From the NCBI RefSeq assembly GCF_009914755.1, contig NC_060926.1: a DNA stretch of 64,000 nt; one strand, written 5' to 3'. Below the pieces are notes generated by a model. That model saw nothing but the letters and a program-made list of their open reading frames with translations, did not search any database and had not been told where the DNA came from. The DNA is from the human T2T-CHM13v2.0 reference genome, Homo sapiens. The position numbers were made by a program, and so were the translations under genes. Position 1 is the stretch's first letter, and the number at the start of each line of letters is the position of its first letter. This document shows, in pieces, positions 1 to 23,524 of the stretch.

Positions 1-853
1 CAAGGTTCCTGATTAAAGTGAGGAGGATGAATGGAGAGAATAAAGGAAAACTGAACTCATAGCTATTGTGTTTCAGGCAAGATGCTAAACAGATATCACA
101 CACTGTTATTTTCAAGTGCATCCTTTCTCCATTTCTGAATCCCACAGTACTGAACTGAAATAGGCAGACTCCCTAAAAGCAGGAGTGAATGTCCATTTCC
201 TGTAGTTTATTACTCTTTTCTTATGTAAGTACAGTTTATTCAATTTTTTCCATTGAAAAATATATGTAAAAATCAATAGCTGCTACTTATTAATATCTAA
301 CTTATTCATTGTGTGTTACTTATATGTGATTTGTGGTACTATAAGCACAAGTGAGACTTCTGAGGTTAAAGTGGTATGGGATGGCAACTTGACAGAATGA
401 AAAGAACATATAACTTAGAAATAGAAAACTTTGGTTTCTAAGCCAACATTGCCGTTCACTTTAATTCTCATAGGTGTCACTTTCCTCATCCATAAAATGA
501 CAGAAAAGGTTTTAAACTTTTGGGGGCACAGAATCTTTGCTTCAGATGAAATTGTATGTAGAACTTCAAACCCAGAAGTGGAACAGCTCTGGTTAAACCA
601 GGGCAAATGGGCCTTAAATTTTGCCTCTTCAACATTCCCCTCTTCAACCTCAAATGGTCCCTAAGTCTCTCTCTCTCCTTTGACACCAAAGAGAAGAGCT
701 ACAGAAGTAAACAGTCTCTAAGGTCTTTTTCAGAACTTTTTGACTCTCTGACTTTCATAACCTCAATAAAGCAAAGTCAAAGGAATCTAATCATACATAA
801 ATTTTTACACCCTTTAGACAACTTTTAAAAAGAAATCTCACCACTCATCTTTA

Positions 854-1033
<180 letters not shown>

Positions 1034-1499
1034 TTATTACAGATATATACTATAAATATAGTATGTTATTACAGACATAAATATAGTATACAGGTTCATA
1101 ATAAATATTTTCAGAAATAAATTATAATAAAGACTAATTTCTTTTCCCTGTATCATTAATATTTCATGAGTAATGATGAAGATTTTGCTACTGTTAGTAA
1201 TTGTAGGAGATTCTTTCCAGAAGATATCTTTATGCTGAGAAAGTATGAGATAATAGATGGAAAGCAAATAGTTTTTTAAAAAGTATTCCAAATAAAAAGA
1301 AACATCTAAAACTATTCATGGATAGCACTTAGCTAAGAGCAGAAGAATAAATGGAAAGGGGACCTCGTTAAAGCACTGAGAAACATTAATAATATTTCTG
1401 AATCATGCAGATATTTATAAATTCCAGTAGAGGCCTATTATATTTCTTGAATAAATGGTGAGTCATGCCATCAGGTAGTGTGAATACTCAACCTTTTAA

Positions 1500-1975
1500 T
1501 ATATTAATTTATTCAACAAATATAAGGCACCTATTATATGCAAGGCATTGTTCTAGGCACTGAGATATTGTGGTGAACAAAACAATGTTCTTCCCCACCA
1601 TCCTTGGGTAGGGAGGCACAGGAAAAAAAAGAAGTAAATAAATATATAGTTGCAAAGGTAGCAAATAAGTAAACAGAAATGAGTGAAGGATGACATGGAA
1701 GTCCTTGGTGAGATCATGCATGATGTTTGAACTGGGACAGAAAGATGATGAGCAGGCTATGCTAAGACCCTGGGGAGAGCATTCCAGAACTAGGGACAAG
1801 CAAGGACAAAGGTCCTGAGAGTGGGAGGGGGTGAAGACCTTATCATGTTAGAACAACAAGAAGCAAGGAGGTAGAGCACGTTCTTCCTGGAGTGTAGGAA
1901 GCAAGTACAACGTGGTTGTGGAGGGACCAGGGATCAGGCCATGCAGGGTTTTTAGGGTCCAGATAGGGACTTGGA
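1500..1975 (-). mobile_element. L2 fragment
   Basis: ttattcaacaaatat...gcacctattatatgcaaggcattgttctaggcactgagat (L2 3' end). Confidence 0.65.
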
Positions 1976-1982
1976 TTGTATT

Positions 1983-2326
1983 TGATGTGGTTTGGCTGTT
2001 TCCCTGCCCAAATCTCATCTTGAATTCCCACATGTTATGGGAGGGACCCAGTGAGAGATAACTGAATCATGGGGGCAGGTCTTTCCCATGCTGTTCTTGT
2101 GATAGTGAATAAGTCTCACGAGATCTGATGGTTTTAAAATGGAGAGTTTCCCTACACAAGCTCTTTTTGCCTGCCACCATCCATGTAAGATATGACTTGT
2201 TCCTCCTTGCCTTCTATGATGATTGTGAGGCCTCCCCAGCCACGTGGAACTGTAAGTCTATTAAATCTCTTTATCTTCCCAGTCTTGGGTATGTCTTTAT
2301 CAGCAGCATGAAAATAGACTAATACA
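1983..2326 (+). mobile_element. THE1-family solo LTR (ERVL-MaLR)
   Basis: TGATGTGGTTTGGCTG...GACTAATACA; TG..CA ends; near-TSD gtatt/ttatt. Confidence 0.85.
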
Positions 2327-3166
2327 TTATTCTTCTTTTAAAAATTGAGGTGAAAGTTGCATAACATACAATTAGCAATTTTAAAGTGTTCAATTAAGTG
2401 GCATTTAGTGCATTCGCAATGTTGTTCAATCACTCCCTTGGACTGTATTCTCACTGTCAAAGATTGTAAAAGGGATGGAATACGAGGTAGTTGTGGCCTG
2501 AGGCCATGTATTCACCTACTTCATAGGGCTGTTGTGTGTAATCAATGAGGCAAACCACTTAATAGCTGGCCCAGAGTCAGGCTCCATCAGTATTAAATAT
2601 TATGATTTATATTATGGGTTCTCTATTTATGAAATGAATGATAAAATGAATTTTGTTATTTATGTATAGTATAATTAGGGGCTATAATTTATAATAAGGA
2701 GTTTATTTAGCAAAAACATATGTTCATACATAGTTACTTAGGAAGTCTGTGGCCAAACTTTGTATTGTGACAGAATAAAAATTTTGATAACCTTCATATT
2801 TCCTTATAATTAACAATCATTTTACATGAATTTTTACTTAAATTCCTTTTGTCCCTCTGTAATAAACTATTTTCTTCCTGCAAACGAATCTCAAAAGTCC
2901 AAGGAAGCAACATTTAAGAAGTAATTTAGATCTATCATGAGACAGATTAAAAAATTAATAAAAAAGGTAGATGGTGTGAAGATGCCACTCCAGGAGTAAA
3001 AATAAAAGTGTGACAAACTTTTGTACTTCAACTACAGTCTCCAAGCAACCAAGAATGTATAATGAAACATATATTTACCAAAAAACATCTGAAATTTTAT
3101 TATCTTAATTATTCTGTGGCAGTTTCATATTTCATACACCAAGAAAAGGAAAGGGATACGTTTTCA

Positions 3167-3406
<240 letters not shown>

Positions 3407-3547
3407 TCATAAGTAAAACAAAACAAAGGTTTAAACCAATGAAAAAGCATATTTGCTAACAAGATGAATCTACAAGTAAAAAATTATTCAGTTCCTAAGG
3501 AGATTTTGAAAGCAAATAAGGATCATATAGCCAACTCTGAATTATCA

Positions 3548-3884
<337 letters not shown>

Positions 3885-4747
3885 TTAGGAAATATGTCAT
3901 TTTTGCAATACTTTGGAAGTTATTCCATGTATAAATAACCTGCCAAGTAAATCTGCCATTTAGAAAACAGTTCTGAGGGGAACAGAGAACCTGCATTCAT
4001 AAAGCATAATCCAATTAACAGAAAGCCTTTCATTTGACAAGTTCAGGGAAAACCTGGGTTTTGCTAGCAGAACTAATGAGTATGGAGTTCTTAGCAGCTG
4101 AGGATGAGGACAAGATAACAAGTATTTAAGAAACACAGATTAAATCCAATTCCTCCTTTTTGCTTAGTGACCATTGGAGGGCCCCGTACTTAGTACCTCC
4201 ACGTCACTTCCTTCAAGATAGACTTTTGCACTGATGTGATGTTTCAGAATAAAGCTATATAAACTGGACACCATCATTATAGGTCTGATAAGGACTGTTT
4301 TATTCTTCTTAAATGCAAAAGATTTGGGCTAGGTTTAGTAATTACAGGAGATTCTTTGCAGTAGGTATCATTATATTAGAAACTGAAATAATAACTGGAA
4401 AGTATGTAATTAAGAAGAAAAAATTTCTTCTACTTAAAAAGTACCACTATATTTATAGTATAGTATCAAAAAGCGAAATTGGAAATACACATTTTTAAGA
4501 TGTTAGTCATTCTGTGACTGTTACATTAAACCAGTTGAGAAATATAACTGATACTTGTCTGATTTTAGGGGAAATAAAAGAAATATAAATACAGGCCTAA
4601 AGGTTATTTCTAGAAATTAAGCAACCAAGAACATCAATCATTAAATAATTATTTTGAATACAAAATTAGTAATTAAGAATTAGGTGTCACAACATAACTG
4701 TGATATATTTCTCTTTAACCCTTTATTAGAATGAACAGTGACCTTTA

Positions 4748-4987
<240 letters not shown>

Positions 4988-5084
4988 TCATCATTTGTTT
5001 AAAACATACACACAACTAAAAATCTCACAGCAATAACTCTCTATACAAGATTTACTTAGGGGAAGAAGAAGAGAGACTTATTTT

Positions 5085-6045
5085 TTAAATGCAATTCCTG
5101 GGCTCCATTTCCAGAGACTCTACTTTCCATAGGTCTAGGGAATCTGGCTTCTTATCAGCACTCCAGATGGTTTCGACACAGTGAATCCATGGACCTCGCT
5201 TTGAGAAGGACTGATTTTTAGTGACAAAAATCCCTCAAAACTATAAAATAAAGCCATAAATGATGCATTTTCAAATGTGCAGAGATGTATTTTAGGATCA
5301 TTGCCTCTTACAAAGTATTTGTTCCCTATTTAAACTTGTTAATTTATTCTTGACTCCCTCCTGGCTTCAGTTTCCTGTGCTCGGTATCGCAGACTCACAG
5401 ATGTCCACAGTTCTGCTCCAGCAACCCTAAAAACTGTCATCTAGTGCACTGCTATTCAAAGTGTAGGCCATGGACCAGTATTGGTCCAGAATCCTCTGTT
5501 ACCAAGCTGTGACAAGCGAAGAAGTAAGGAAACTGAGAATAACTGTGTAGAGACTTTGAGCATTTTATATTTGTCAAATCTAATAAAGTGAGCTTATAAT
5601 ACATTTTTCACGTATTTTATTTCATTTTTCTAAAAGTTATTTTTTTAAAAGATGGGATCTTGCTTTGACATCCAGCCTGGAGTGCAGTGGCTTGATCATA
5701 GCTCACTGCAACCTCGAATTCCTGGGCTCAAGTGATCCTCCTGCCTCAGCCTCCTGAGTAGCTCAGACTACAGGCATGAGCCACAGTGGTTGGCTAATTT
5801 TTTAAAAATTATTTTAGAGGCAGGGTCTCACTATGTTGACCACGCTGGTCTCAAACTCCTAGCCTCAAGCCATCTTCCCACCTTAGTTTCCCAAAGCACT
5901 GGAATTACAGGCAGGCACGAGTCACAGTGCTCAGCTAAAAATTCATTTTTATTGAATTTTACAAAGGTATCAGTTTACAACAGATTGAAAGCAAACCATG
6001 AAACAAAAAAAGGTCCTTCACCACAATTTAAGAAACACTGATCTA
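5085..6045. mobile_element. hAT-Charlie fragments (MER5-like 5085-5210; Charlie-like 5445-6045 split by an Alu)
   Basis: gctttgagaag; ctattcaaagtgtagg...tttaagaaacactg termini. Confidence 0.45.
5640..5937 (-). mobile_element. AluJ
   Basis: Reverse dimer. Confidence 0.9.
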
Positions 6046-7489
6046 GTGTAAGCTGATCCTGTAACCACAATAAGACTAATAAGGGGGAAAGCCCACAGTG
6101 CTCCAATTATAAGCTTAAAGTAAATAAACAACAACAAATGTCATGCCTAATTTCATCCCACTTCACTGATAGAAAAATCAAAGTTAAAACTGAAAGGGAA
6201 GTGTCTGGCTACTTGTGGGGCAGCAACAGAACTCAGGCCTCCTCATGCTGCCTCCCCACTACCCCTGTCCCCGCTGCCATGCCTACAAGGGTGACCCAAG
6301 GAGAGCACAATGGTGTAATGAGGAAGGTGTCTACACAGTCTGTAGTCTCATCTCTAATAAAACCATGAACAACTGACCTGATCCAGAGCAGATGGGGTTT
6401 GGGGAGTCATGCTAATTTAATGCTGATTACTTGAGAGATGTACAGTTTACACATTATTTGAATCAGAACTTCATAAAATATACCTCAATTAAAACTACTA
6501 GAAAATATTCATTTGGGTATGGTGGTTCAGAAAGCACTTTGAGTACTTGGAATACTTCATTATCAAGTATCAACTGAACATAAATGATCACTGAAGCTTA
6601 CCTTTATCATTGCAGAAAGAGCAGTCAATGAGGCTGAGTCTGTGCTGCTTCTATGTTGAGACCTGCCTGCCAAAATCTACAGAGACCCCTCCCTGACCTG
6701 TTCTCCCCTGAGTCAAGAGAGTCCCATAAAGTTATGGTGCTGGACTAACCTACTGCATTTGTCTGATGTTACTCCCAACAGATGTATTAATACAATCGTC
6801 TTCAAGAAATCACATATTTATACACAATCTTGAAGTGAAAATACACAATTAAATCTATATGTGTTTCCCTTCCTTATTCTGAAATGCTCCACCAGAGTGC
6901 TAAAAGATCTAGTGATTTCAGGGTATATAAACTTGCTGATTTTCTTCACATTTTCATTTCTGTCACAGGACTCACTTGGTCCAGTGATTGTGATATATTT
7001 TACCAAGCAGTAAAAGGCCATAAGGTCGTTAGTAATCTGACCCCAAATTTCTTTTGTTCCTTTATCCTCCCATTAGTTTCAATGACAGACTCTTCTGCCT
7101 ATGCAGGCTGTTCTCATTCTTTAAGCTCTTTAAACTCCAAGTCTCTTCTCTACATGTTCAACTTCTATAAATCCTTTAAGTTTTACCTCAATTCCTGTCT
7201 ATGGAATTGCCTTTGCCAATTACTCTAATCCACAGTTATTCTTCATTCCTAGGAATTCAGAGTTATGTCTGTATCATTATTCTGAACTCAATTACATACT
7301 ACTTACATTGTCTCTCTTTTTGTGCAAAAAGTTGTTTCTCCAACTACTTCCTTGGGAAAAGCACATGGCAGGTAGTCAAAAAAATACTTGAATAATCATG
7401 CTTTATTGGATTTATTTCTTTAATGGGACAATGTATAAGCTTTGATTATAAAGCAATGAGATTAATTTACATAGCTACATGAGAAAAAT

Positions 7490-8640
7490 TATTGATTCAT
7501 TGAAATCAAATATTTATCGAGTACTGACTACATGCTAGACATTGTTTCTAGACTGGGGACACAGAAATAAAACAGAAAAATTCTGTCCTGGCGAGGTGCA
7601 GTGGCTCACACCTGTAATCCCAACACTTTGGGAGGCTGAGGTGGGTGGATCACGAGGATAGGAGTTCAAGACCAACCTGGCCAAGATGGTGAAACCCCGT
7701 CTCTACTAAAAATACAAAAATTGGCCAGGCATGGTGGCAGGTGCCTGTAATCCCAGCTACTTGGGAGGCTGAGGCAGAGAATTGCTTGAACCTGGGAGGC
7801 GGAGGTTGCAGTGAGCCAAGATCACGCCACTGCACTCTAGCCTGGGCGACAGAGTGAGACTCCACCTCAAAAAAAAAAAATTCTGTCCTTAAGGAGGGCA
7901 TACTCTAGTGGTGGGAAGAAAAACAATGGACAAAATATACAGAATGTTGAATATTATTAACTGGACAGGGAGTTTTGAGGGAAAGGGGTATTGTATTGTA
8001 TTGTATTTTTTGTACCCTCTGAGGGCAGAGAGTATTGCATTTTAGATATGCAGTTCAGGGAAGGCCTCATTTAAAAAGATGACATTTGACCAAATACCCA
8101 AAGGAAGTTAGGGATTCCACTATGCAGATATGCCTACTATGTAAGATATTAATATGGCTAAAGAGGAGAAGCTTTTAGGAGGTGTGATTAGAGAGGTAGC
8201 CATGTCCAGCAGGCCCACTGTAATTAAAAAAGGAGAAGAGATCCAAAGATTGAGTTTTAACCTGAACAAGTCCAGGAGAGAAGAGAATCAGCAAAGGCAG
8301 GATGCCAAGAAAGAGTGACCAGGAGGAGGAAAACCAGGAAAGCCAAGTGAAGAAAGTGTATCAAGGAATAGGAAATAATAAATGTGTTAAATAATGTGAT
8401 AAGCCAGATTTAGAAGGAGTTGGTTAATCATGACCTTGACAAGAGAAATTTGGTGGAGTGATGGGGATGAAAACTTGACTGGAGTGAGTACAAGAGAAAT
8501 TGGAAGGAAAGGAACAGAGATCATGAATACAGACAATTACATCACATTTTTCTGTAAAGAGCAGCAGAGGAATGGAATTTAACTGCAAGGGCAAGTGGGA
8601 GTCAAGAAAGAGAGGTTTAAGTGATGGAAACAAATCCATT
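7490..8640 (-). mobile_element. L2 fragment interrupted by an Alu
   Basis: caaatatttatcgagtactgactacatgctagacattg; GA-rich L2 body. Confidence 0.6.
7590..7880 (+). mobile_element. AluS
   Basis: Dimer; TSD aaaaattctgtcct. Confidence 0.95.
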
Positions 8641-8654
8641 TCAGATGCTGCGCA

Positions 8655-8952
<298 letters not shown>

Positions 8953-9152
8953 TCAGCAAAAAATAAATCTGGGTCAGAGGATTTGATTAACTGAGGAAAG
9001 AAGAGAGAATACTGGGGCCTTTGAGAACAGGTAACTGTAAATATTCATATTTTGCCATAAGAAGCTATTCACAAAATTGTTTTTACATTAAATCTTTCAT
9101 TTTAAAAAATGCTAATATTTATTTTAAATGGGAATTATCAGATAGATAACTA

Positions 9153-9251
<99 letters not shown>

Positions 9252-9483
9252 TTATTAGGACAATTTAAAGAACTATAAACAAATATATGTTATAAGCACC
9301 CCAAAAGCATAACATTTTCTTCTAAGTATTATGTCTGTTTTAAAAACATTATGTCTATTTTTCTTGGCTATGACATGCTTCAGTTTTGGTTTTACTTCCG
9401 ATGTAGAAAGCACATTCCCCCATGAGAGCTGGAAAAAAATGATAAATATATGGGAGCAAACAAAAAATTAAAACTGAAGAGTT

Positions 9484-9519
9484 TGTCCTCATCTCAGCTC
9501 CTGTCCTCATCTCAGCTCC
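9484..9519. repeat. 18-bp perfect tandem duplication
   Basis: tgtcctcatctcagctcc twice. Confidence 0.92.
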
Positions 9520-9946
9520 AAACTATCTAAATAACAACAACATAAATCTAATATAAACTGCATCAAATATTGCCAACCACAGATGAGAGTGCAGATAACC
9601 TTACAAAGTATTAACTCGAAGTCTGGCTTTTCTCTCATACTGGTCTAAACAAAACAGATTAGTGAATTTACTATAAAAATTAAATAATGTATTATAACAT
9701 CAAATATAAATTATTTTTATATTCTTTTTTTAGAATTTTCTATAGATATTAATTCTTTCATTACTACTGCTGCTAATTGCTAACAGAAAAGAAATAAAAT
9801 ATCCAGTAGACTCTCATTTCAAAATTAAGCACGTGAAAATTTGAGATGAGGCCACACTATATACATGACATAACTCTTCACACACATTAATGTAGGTGTT
9901 CCCAGATAAACAAGCAAGCATAAGTTTTACAGTACAGATACAATGA

Positions 9947-10217
<271 letters not shown>

Positions 10218-10580
10218 TTTTTTTTTTTTTTTAGCAAGGCCTGTCTGTTCAGAATCTACACTAAATAATTTTTATGTGACTTAGTTCAAGAAGACCTTGG
10301 TACTGCTATATAATATTAAGCCCTAACCCTTTTATTGTCAGATGCCTAATATCATCAAGAAGCCTGAACATTCTATCTGTGGAGCAGTTTTTATTATTAT
10401 TTTGATGTTTGATCAAACCTAAAGAAGATTGATAATAAACACTAAAATCTTAAAAGGAGGAGCAGGCATCAATTTTCCTTATGAGTTTAGACATGTTTGA
10501 AGTGCATTTGGTATCTGGATTTGGCAATTGTAAAATCTGTTTTAAATGCATATGGAAGAAGATTAGAAAAGAATGCAAAA

Positions 10581-10944
<364 letters not shown>

Positions 10945-11495
10945 TTATGTACTATTTTTATTTTTATAATAAAACTGTTTCTCATTCTTAAAAAAATAGT
11001 ACAAATGTGGGAGAAAGTTCTTGATTCCAAATATTCATCTAATGGCCAGATTTACACTGAATATAAAACATGTCACCCACAGATGACCTAACAATGTAAA
11101 ACAATACCAAAACCTTATATATTCCCACTTCTATGGGAATATATCTGGAACAAGTTCCTGTTGCGTTAAAACATACAACACCAATAATAATAAAGTCTTC
11201 ATTTTTACACATTTGTCATTGAATCCTAGAAATACTTTTCAACACAAATAGTAAAAGCTCGTTAAATTTTTATCTATTTCCATATTTGTTTTGGCAATGA
11301 GGTAAGTTTACTTTTTGCAGGATGAAAATACTTGATCAAGACCAGTTTAATTAGACTCATATTTTTAAGAATCCCACCATAATGATTATATTCCAAGCAT
11401 AACAGAATCCCTGCTTAGAAATATTTGTTAAGAGTTAGCTTTAATTAGTATATATATGCTGAGTTAGTAAATCTGCATTTAAAAATTCAGACTTG

Positions 11496-11788
<293 letters not shown>

Positions 11789-12160
11789 CTAATTACTTTA
11801 AACCATTTATTGGTTTAAAATTGTTTCATGGCAATTATTTAAAATAAAAAACAGCCAAAAAAGGCATTAGGAAATATTTCAATAACTCTATCTTTTAATA
11901 AAATAGAAACAATAACTATTATCTTCATTTGCTATTTGATTTTAATTATTTCAGTGAGGTATAAGACTTCACATCAAAGTACTACAAAATAGTATGACTT
12001 GATATATAATGAGTATATGGTCTCAACTGGGAATGTAATCATTAAGACTTAGCTTGAAAACTATGCATGCCAGAGAAACTACTTTATTCATATTTTATCT
12101 AAGTTAGTGAATACCAATTTTGCAAATTTTCAGTTTGTGAGAGCCGTGACCTCCTATTCA

Positions 12161-12496
<336 letters not shown>

Positions 12497-12531
12497 CTAA
12501 AATTAAACTTCTTTTAAAAATTCTCAATAAT

Positions 12532-12858
12532 AGGCTGGGCACGGTGGCTCACGCCTGTAATTCCACAACTTTGGGAGGCTGAGGCGAGCGGATCACGCGG
12601 TCATGAGATCGAGACCATCCTGGCTAACACGGTGAAACCCTGTCTCTACTAAAAATACAAAAAAAAATTAGCCGGGCATGGTGGCGGGCGCCTGTAGTCC
12701 CAGCTACTCCGGAGGCTGAGGCAGAGAATGGCGTGAACCCGGGAGGCGGAGCTTGCGGTGAGCCGAGATCGCGCCACTGCACTCCAGCCTGGGAGACAAA
12801 GCGAGACTCCGTCTCAAAAACAAAAACAAAAAACAAACAAACAAAAAAAACAAAAAAA
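12532..12858 (+). mobile_element. AluY-like
   Basis: CpG-rich; gagatcgagaccatcctggctaacacgg; about 50 nt from the exon 2 acceptor. Confidence 0.95.
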
Positions 12859-12923
12859 ACTCAATAAATATGTTTAGCTAGCCAATATTTAATCTGACAA
12901 ATGGAAAAAAGGTACTAAATGTA

Positions 12924-13071
12924 ATTTTTTTTTAGAGTCAGGGTCTCGTTCCATCGCTCATGCTGGAGTGTAGTGGTGCAATCATAGTTCAGAATAATGT
13001 GGGCTCAAGCAATCTCCTGCCTCAGCCTCATGCAGCACTGGGATTACAGGTGCGAACTACCACATCTGGCC
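12924..13071 (-). mobile_element. Alu monomer (FAM/AluJ-like)
   Basis: Degenerate reverse monomer. Confidence 0.75.
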
Positions 13072-13577
13072 CCTAATATTAATGTTCTCAGTCAGACATG
13101 CTAATACTTGCTTTATATGGTCTAAATGTATGCTATAATTTCAACTTGCACAAGAAACAGGCAAAAGATTAATTATATTTATATTAATTTTAGTTAGATG
13201 ACAAACGTAATAAAACTTACGATTTTGCAGTTATGTCTAGAAAAAATTATATTTTATTTGATATCTATTTATAGATGTTTATTACTTTCTAAGTTTTGCT
13301 TTTGTAATAAAACTGCAAAATAAACTTGTACATACATCTTTACATACTAGTATCAGTTCCTTAGGAAAATTTCCTATAGTTATAATCGCTATGTCAAACA
13401 TCCATTTAATATTTTCAGATATGCAAAGATTCCAACACATACTCTTTAAAAATCACTCAAAGAAATATTTTAGTGTCCAATAAATCAACACAAATAAAGT
13501 CCTTAAGTATAAGGGAAGATATGTTATAAAAGAAATACAGATGGACATTGTAAACTGTAAACATAAAAATTAACATA

Positions 13578-13908
<331 letters not shown>

Positions 13909-14289
13909 TTATTCTTAACAAGGTTAACATGGCTATATAAGGAAATGCAGAGTGAAAAGTATTTCTTTAAGGATATGTAAAAAGAATAAATACTAATAAC
14001 ATTTTGGTTCTAAAGCCCAAATTATTCCAACAAACTGTAAGAGTAGGAACAAAAGGGAAATACTAAAGTATGTGACTCATTCGTTATTTCCAGGCACATC
14101 GATACATGCTATTGTATTTTTCATGTTAGTAAAGAAATAGAGGTTCACTTTCTTTTAATTTGAAGTAATTACTAATTAAATAAAAATAGAATGTCTAATT
14201 TCCAAATTACTGGGGGTAAAACAAAAGAGCCAGAAAAACTTTAGCAAAAGCAAAAGACCGAGTGGGAAAAACAAGAGTAAGGCATGTAA

Positions 14290-18169
<3,880 letters not shown>

Positions 18170-18309
18170 TTAAAAACATCATTGATATGTTTACTCATTC
18201 TTTACCACCTCACTCCATCATCATCATCATATAGTTCTTTTTCATTAAATTTACATACACTGAAATCTCTAATTTTTAGCTATATATTTTTTTCATTACT
18301 TATTTTACT

Positions 18310-21640
<3,331 letters not shown>

Positions 21641-22192
21641 AGTTTTAAGATTTTTAAAATTTCCTTTTAAATTTCTTTTTTGACACGTTTGTTGTTTAGG
21701 ATCATGATGTTTAATTTCCACATATTTGTGAATTTTCAAATGTTCTTATTATTTCGAGTTTCATACCATTGCAATTGAAAAAGCTACCTAATTTCAATTA
21801 ATAAATTTTTAAGACTTATATTGTGGCCTAAGACATGATCTATTCTGGAGAATGTTCCATGTGTTCTTGAGAAGAATTTGTATTCTGTTAATATTGGATG
21901 GAATGTTCTGCATATATATGTTATATCCATTTGGTCTAAAATGTAGTTGAATTCCAGTGTTTCCTTACTGAATTTCTTTCTGGGTATCTGTCCATTGTTG
22001 ACAGTGGGGTATTAAAGTCTCCTATTATTGCATTGCTATCTATCTCTTCAGATCTATTAATATTTGCTTTATATATTTAGGAACTCTGATGTTGCATGTA
22101 ACACATATTTGCAATTATTATATCTTCTTGATGAATTGATCCCTTTTCATTATATAATAATTGTCTCATTTTATAGTTTTTTGACAAAGTGT

Positions 22193-22589
22193 GTGTCAAT
22201 TTCTGTGTTGCTATAAAGAAATACCTGAAGCTGGGTAATTTATAAATAAAAGAGGTTTAATTGGCTCATGGTTCTGCCGGTTGTACAGGAAGTACGGTGC
22301 TAGCACTGCTTCTGATGAGGCCTCAGGGAGCTTTTCCTTATGGTGGAAAGGGATTGGGATCCAGTGCATCACATGGTAAGAAAAGGAGTAAGAGAAGAAG
22401 GGCGAGGCACAATACTCCCTTAAACAACCAAATCCCGTGAGGACTCACTTATCACCATGGGGACAGTACCAAGCCATCCATGAGGGCTCTGCTCCAAGAT
22501 CCAAACACCTCTCACCAGGCCCACCTCCAACACTGGAAGTCATATTTCAACATCAGATTGGGAGGGGACAAAATATCCAAACCATATCG
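22193..22589 (-). mobile_element. MST-family solo LTR
   Basis: gttgctataaagaaatacctga...atccaaaccatatc. Confidence 0.8.
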
Positions 22590-22707
22590 GTGTACTGCAC
22601 CTGATATAATTATATCTAACCCCACTCTCTTTTGGTTCCATTTGAATGGAATCTTTTTCCATCCTTTCAGTTAATCTAAATGTGTCCTTAAAGGTGAAGT
22701 GAGTCTT

Positions 22708-23008
22708 GGCTGGGCGCGGTGGCTCAAGCCTGTAATCCCAGCACTTTGGGAGACTGAGGCAGGTGGATCACAAGGTCAGAAGATCGAGACCGTCCTGGCT
22801 AACAAGGTGAAACCCCGTCTCTACTAAAAATATAAAAATTAGCTGAGTGTGGTGGCAGGCACCTGTAGTCCCAGCTACTCAGGAGGCTGAGGCAGGAGAA
22901 TGGCATGAACCTGGGAGGCAGAGCTTGCAGTGAGCCAAGAGTGCACCACTGCACTCCAGCCTGGGCAACAGAGTGAGACTCCGTCTCAAAAAAAAAAAAA
23001 AAAAAAAA
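22708..23008 (+). mobile_element. AluY/Sc
   Basis: TSD aaaggtgaagtgagtct. Confidence 0.95.
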
Positions 23009-23044
23009 GGTGAAGTGAGTCTCTTCCAGGCAGCATACAGTTAA

Positions 23045-23047
<3 letters not shown>

Positions 23048-23085
<38 letters not shown>
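23048..23085. repeat. (TG)n microsatellite, about 19 units
   Basis: Direct reading. Confidence 0.95.
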
Positions 23086-23089
<4 letters not shown>

Positions 23090-23524
23090 GTTTTGTTTTT
23101 TAACCTATTCAGCCAGTCTGCCTTTTGGTTGAAGAATTTAATCTATTTACATTCAAGGTAATTATTGATAGGTAAGGACTTAGTACTACCATTTTGTTCA
23201 TTGTTTTCTGGTTGTTTTACAGCTCTTTTGTTCTTTTTTCCTTTCATGCCTTCTTCCTTTGTGATTAGACGATTTTTCTCTAGTGGTATGCTTTAATTCC
23301 TTACTTTGTATCTTTCGTTTATCCACTATAGGTTTTTGCTTTGTGTTTACCATGAGGCTTACATAAAACAGCTTATAGTTATAACAGGCTATGTTAAGCT
23401 GATTACAACTTAACTTTGATTGTATACACTTTACCCTGCCTGACATTTTATGGTTTTGATGTCACAATTTACATCTTTTTATATTGTATATCCCTTAATA
23501 AATTATTGTAGCCATTATTATTAT

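Noticed and set aside
100-190. Possible minus acceptor ctgcttttag at 174-173
   Set aside because: No ICA69-like translation and no convincing donor.
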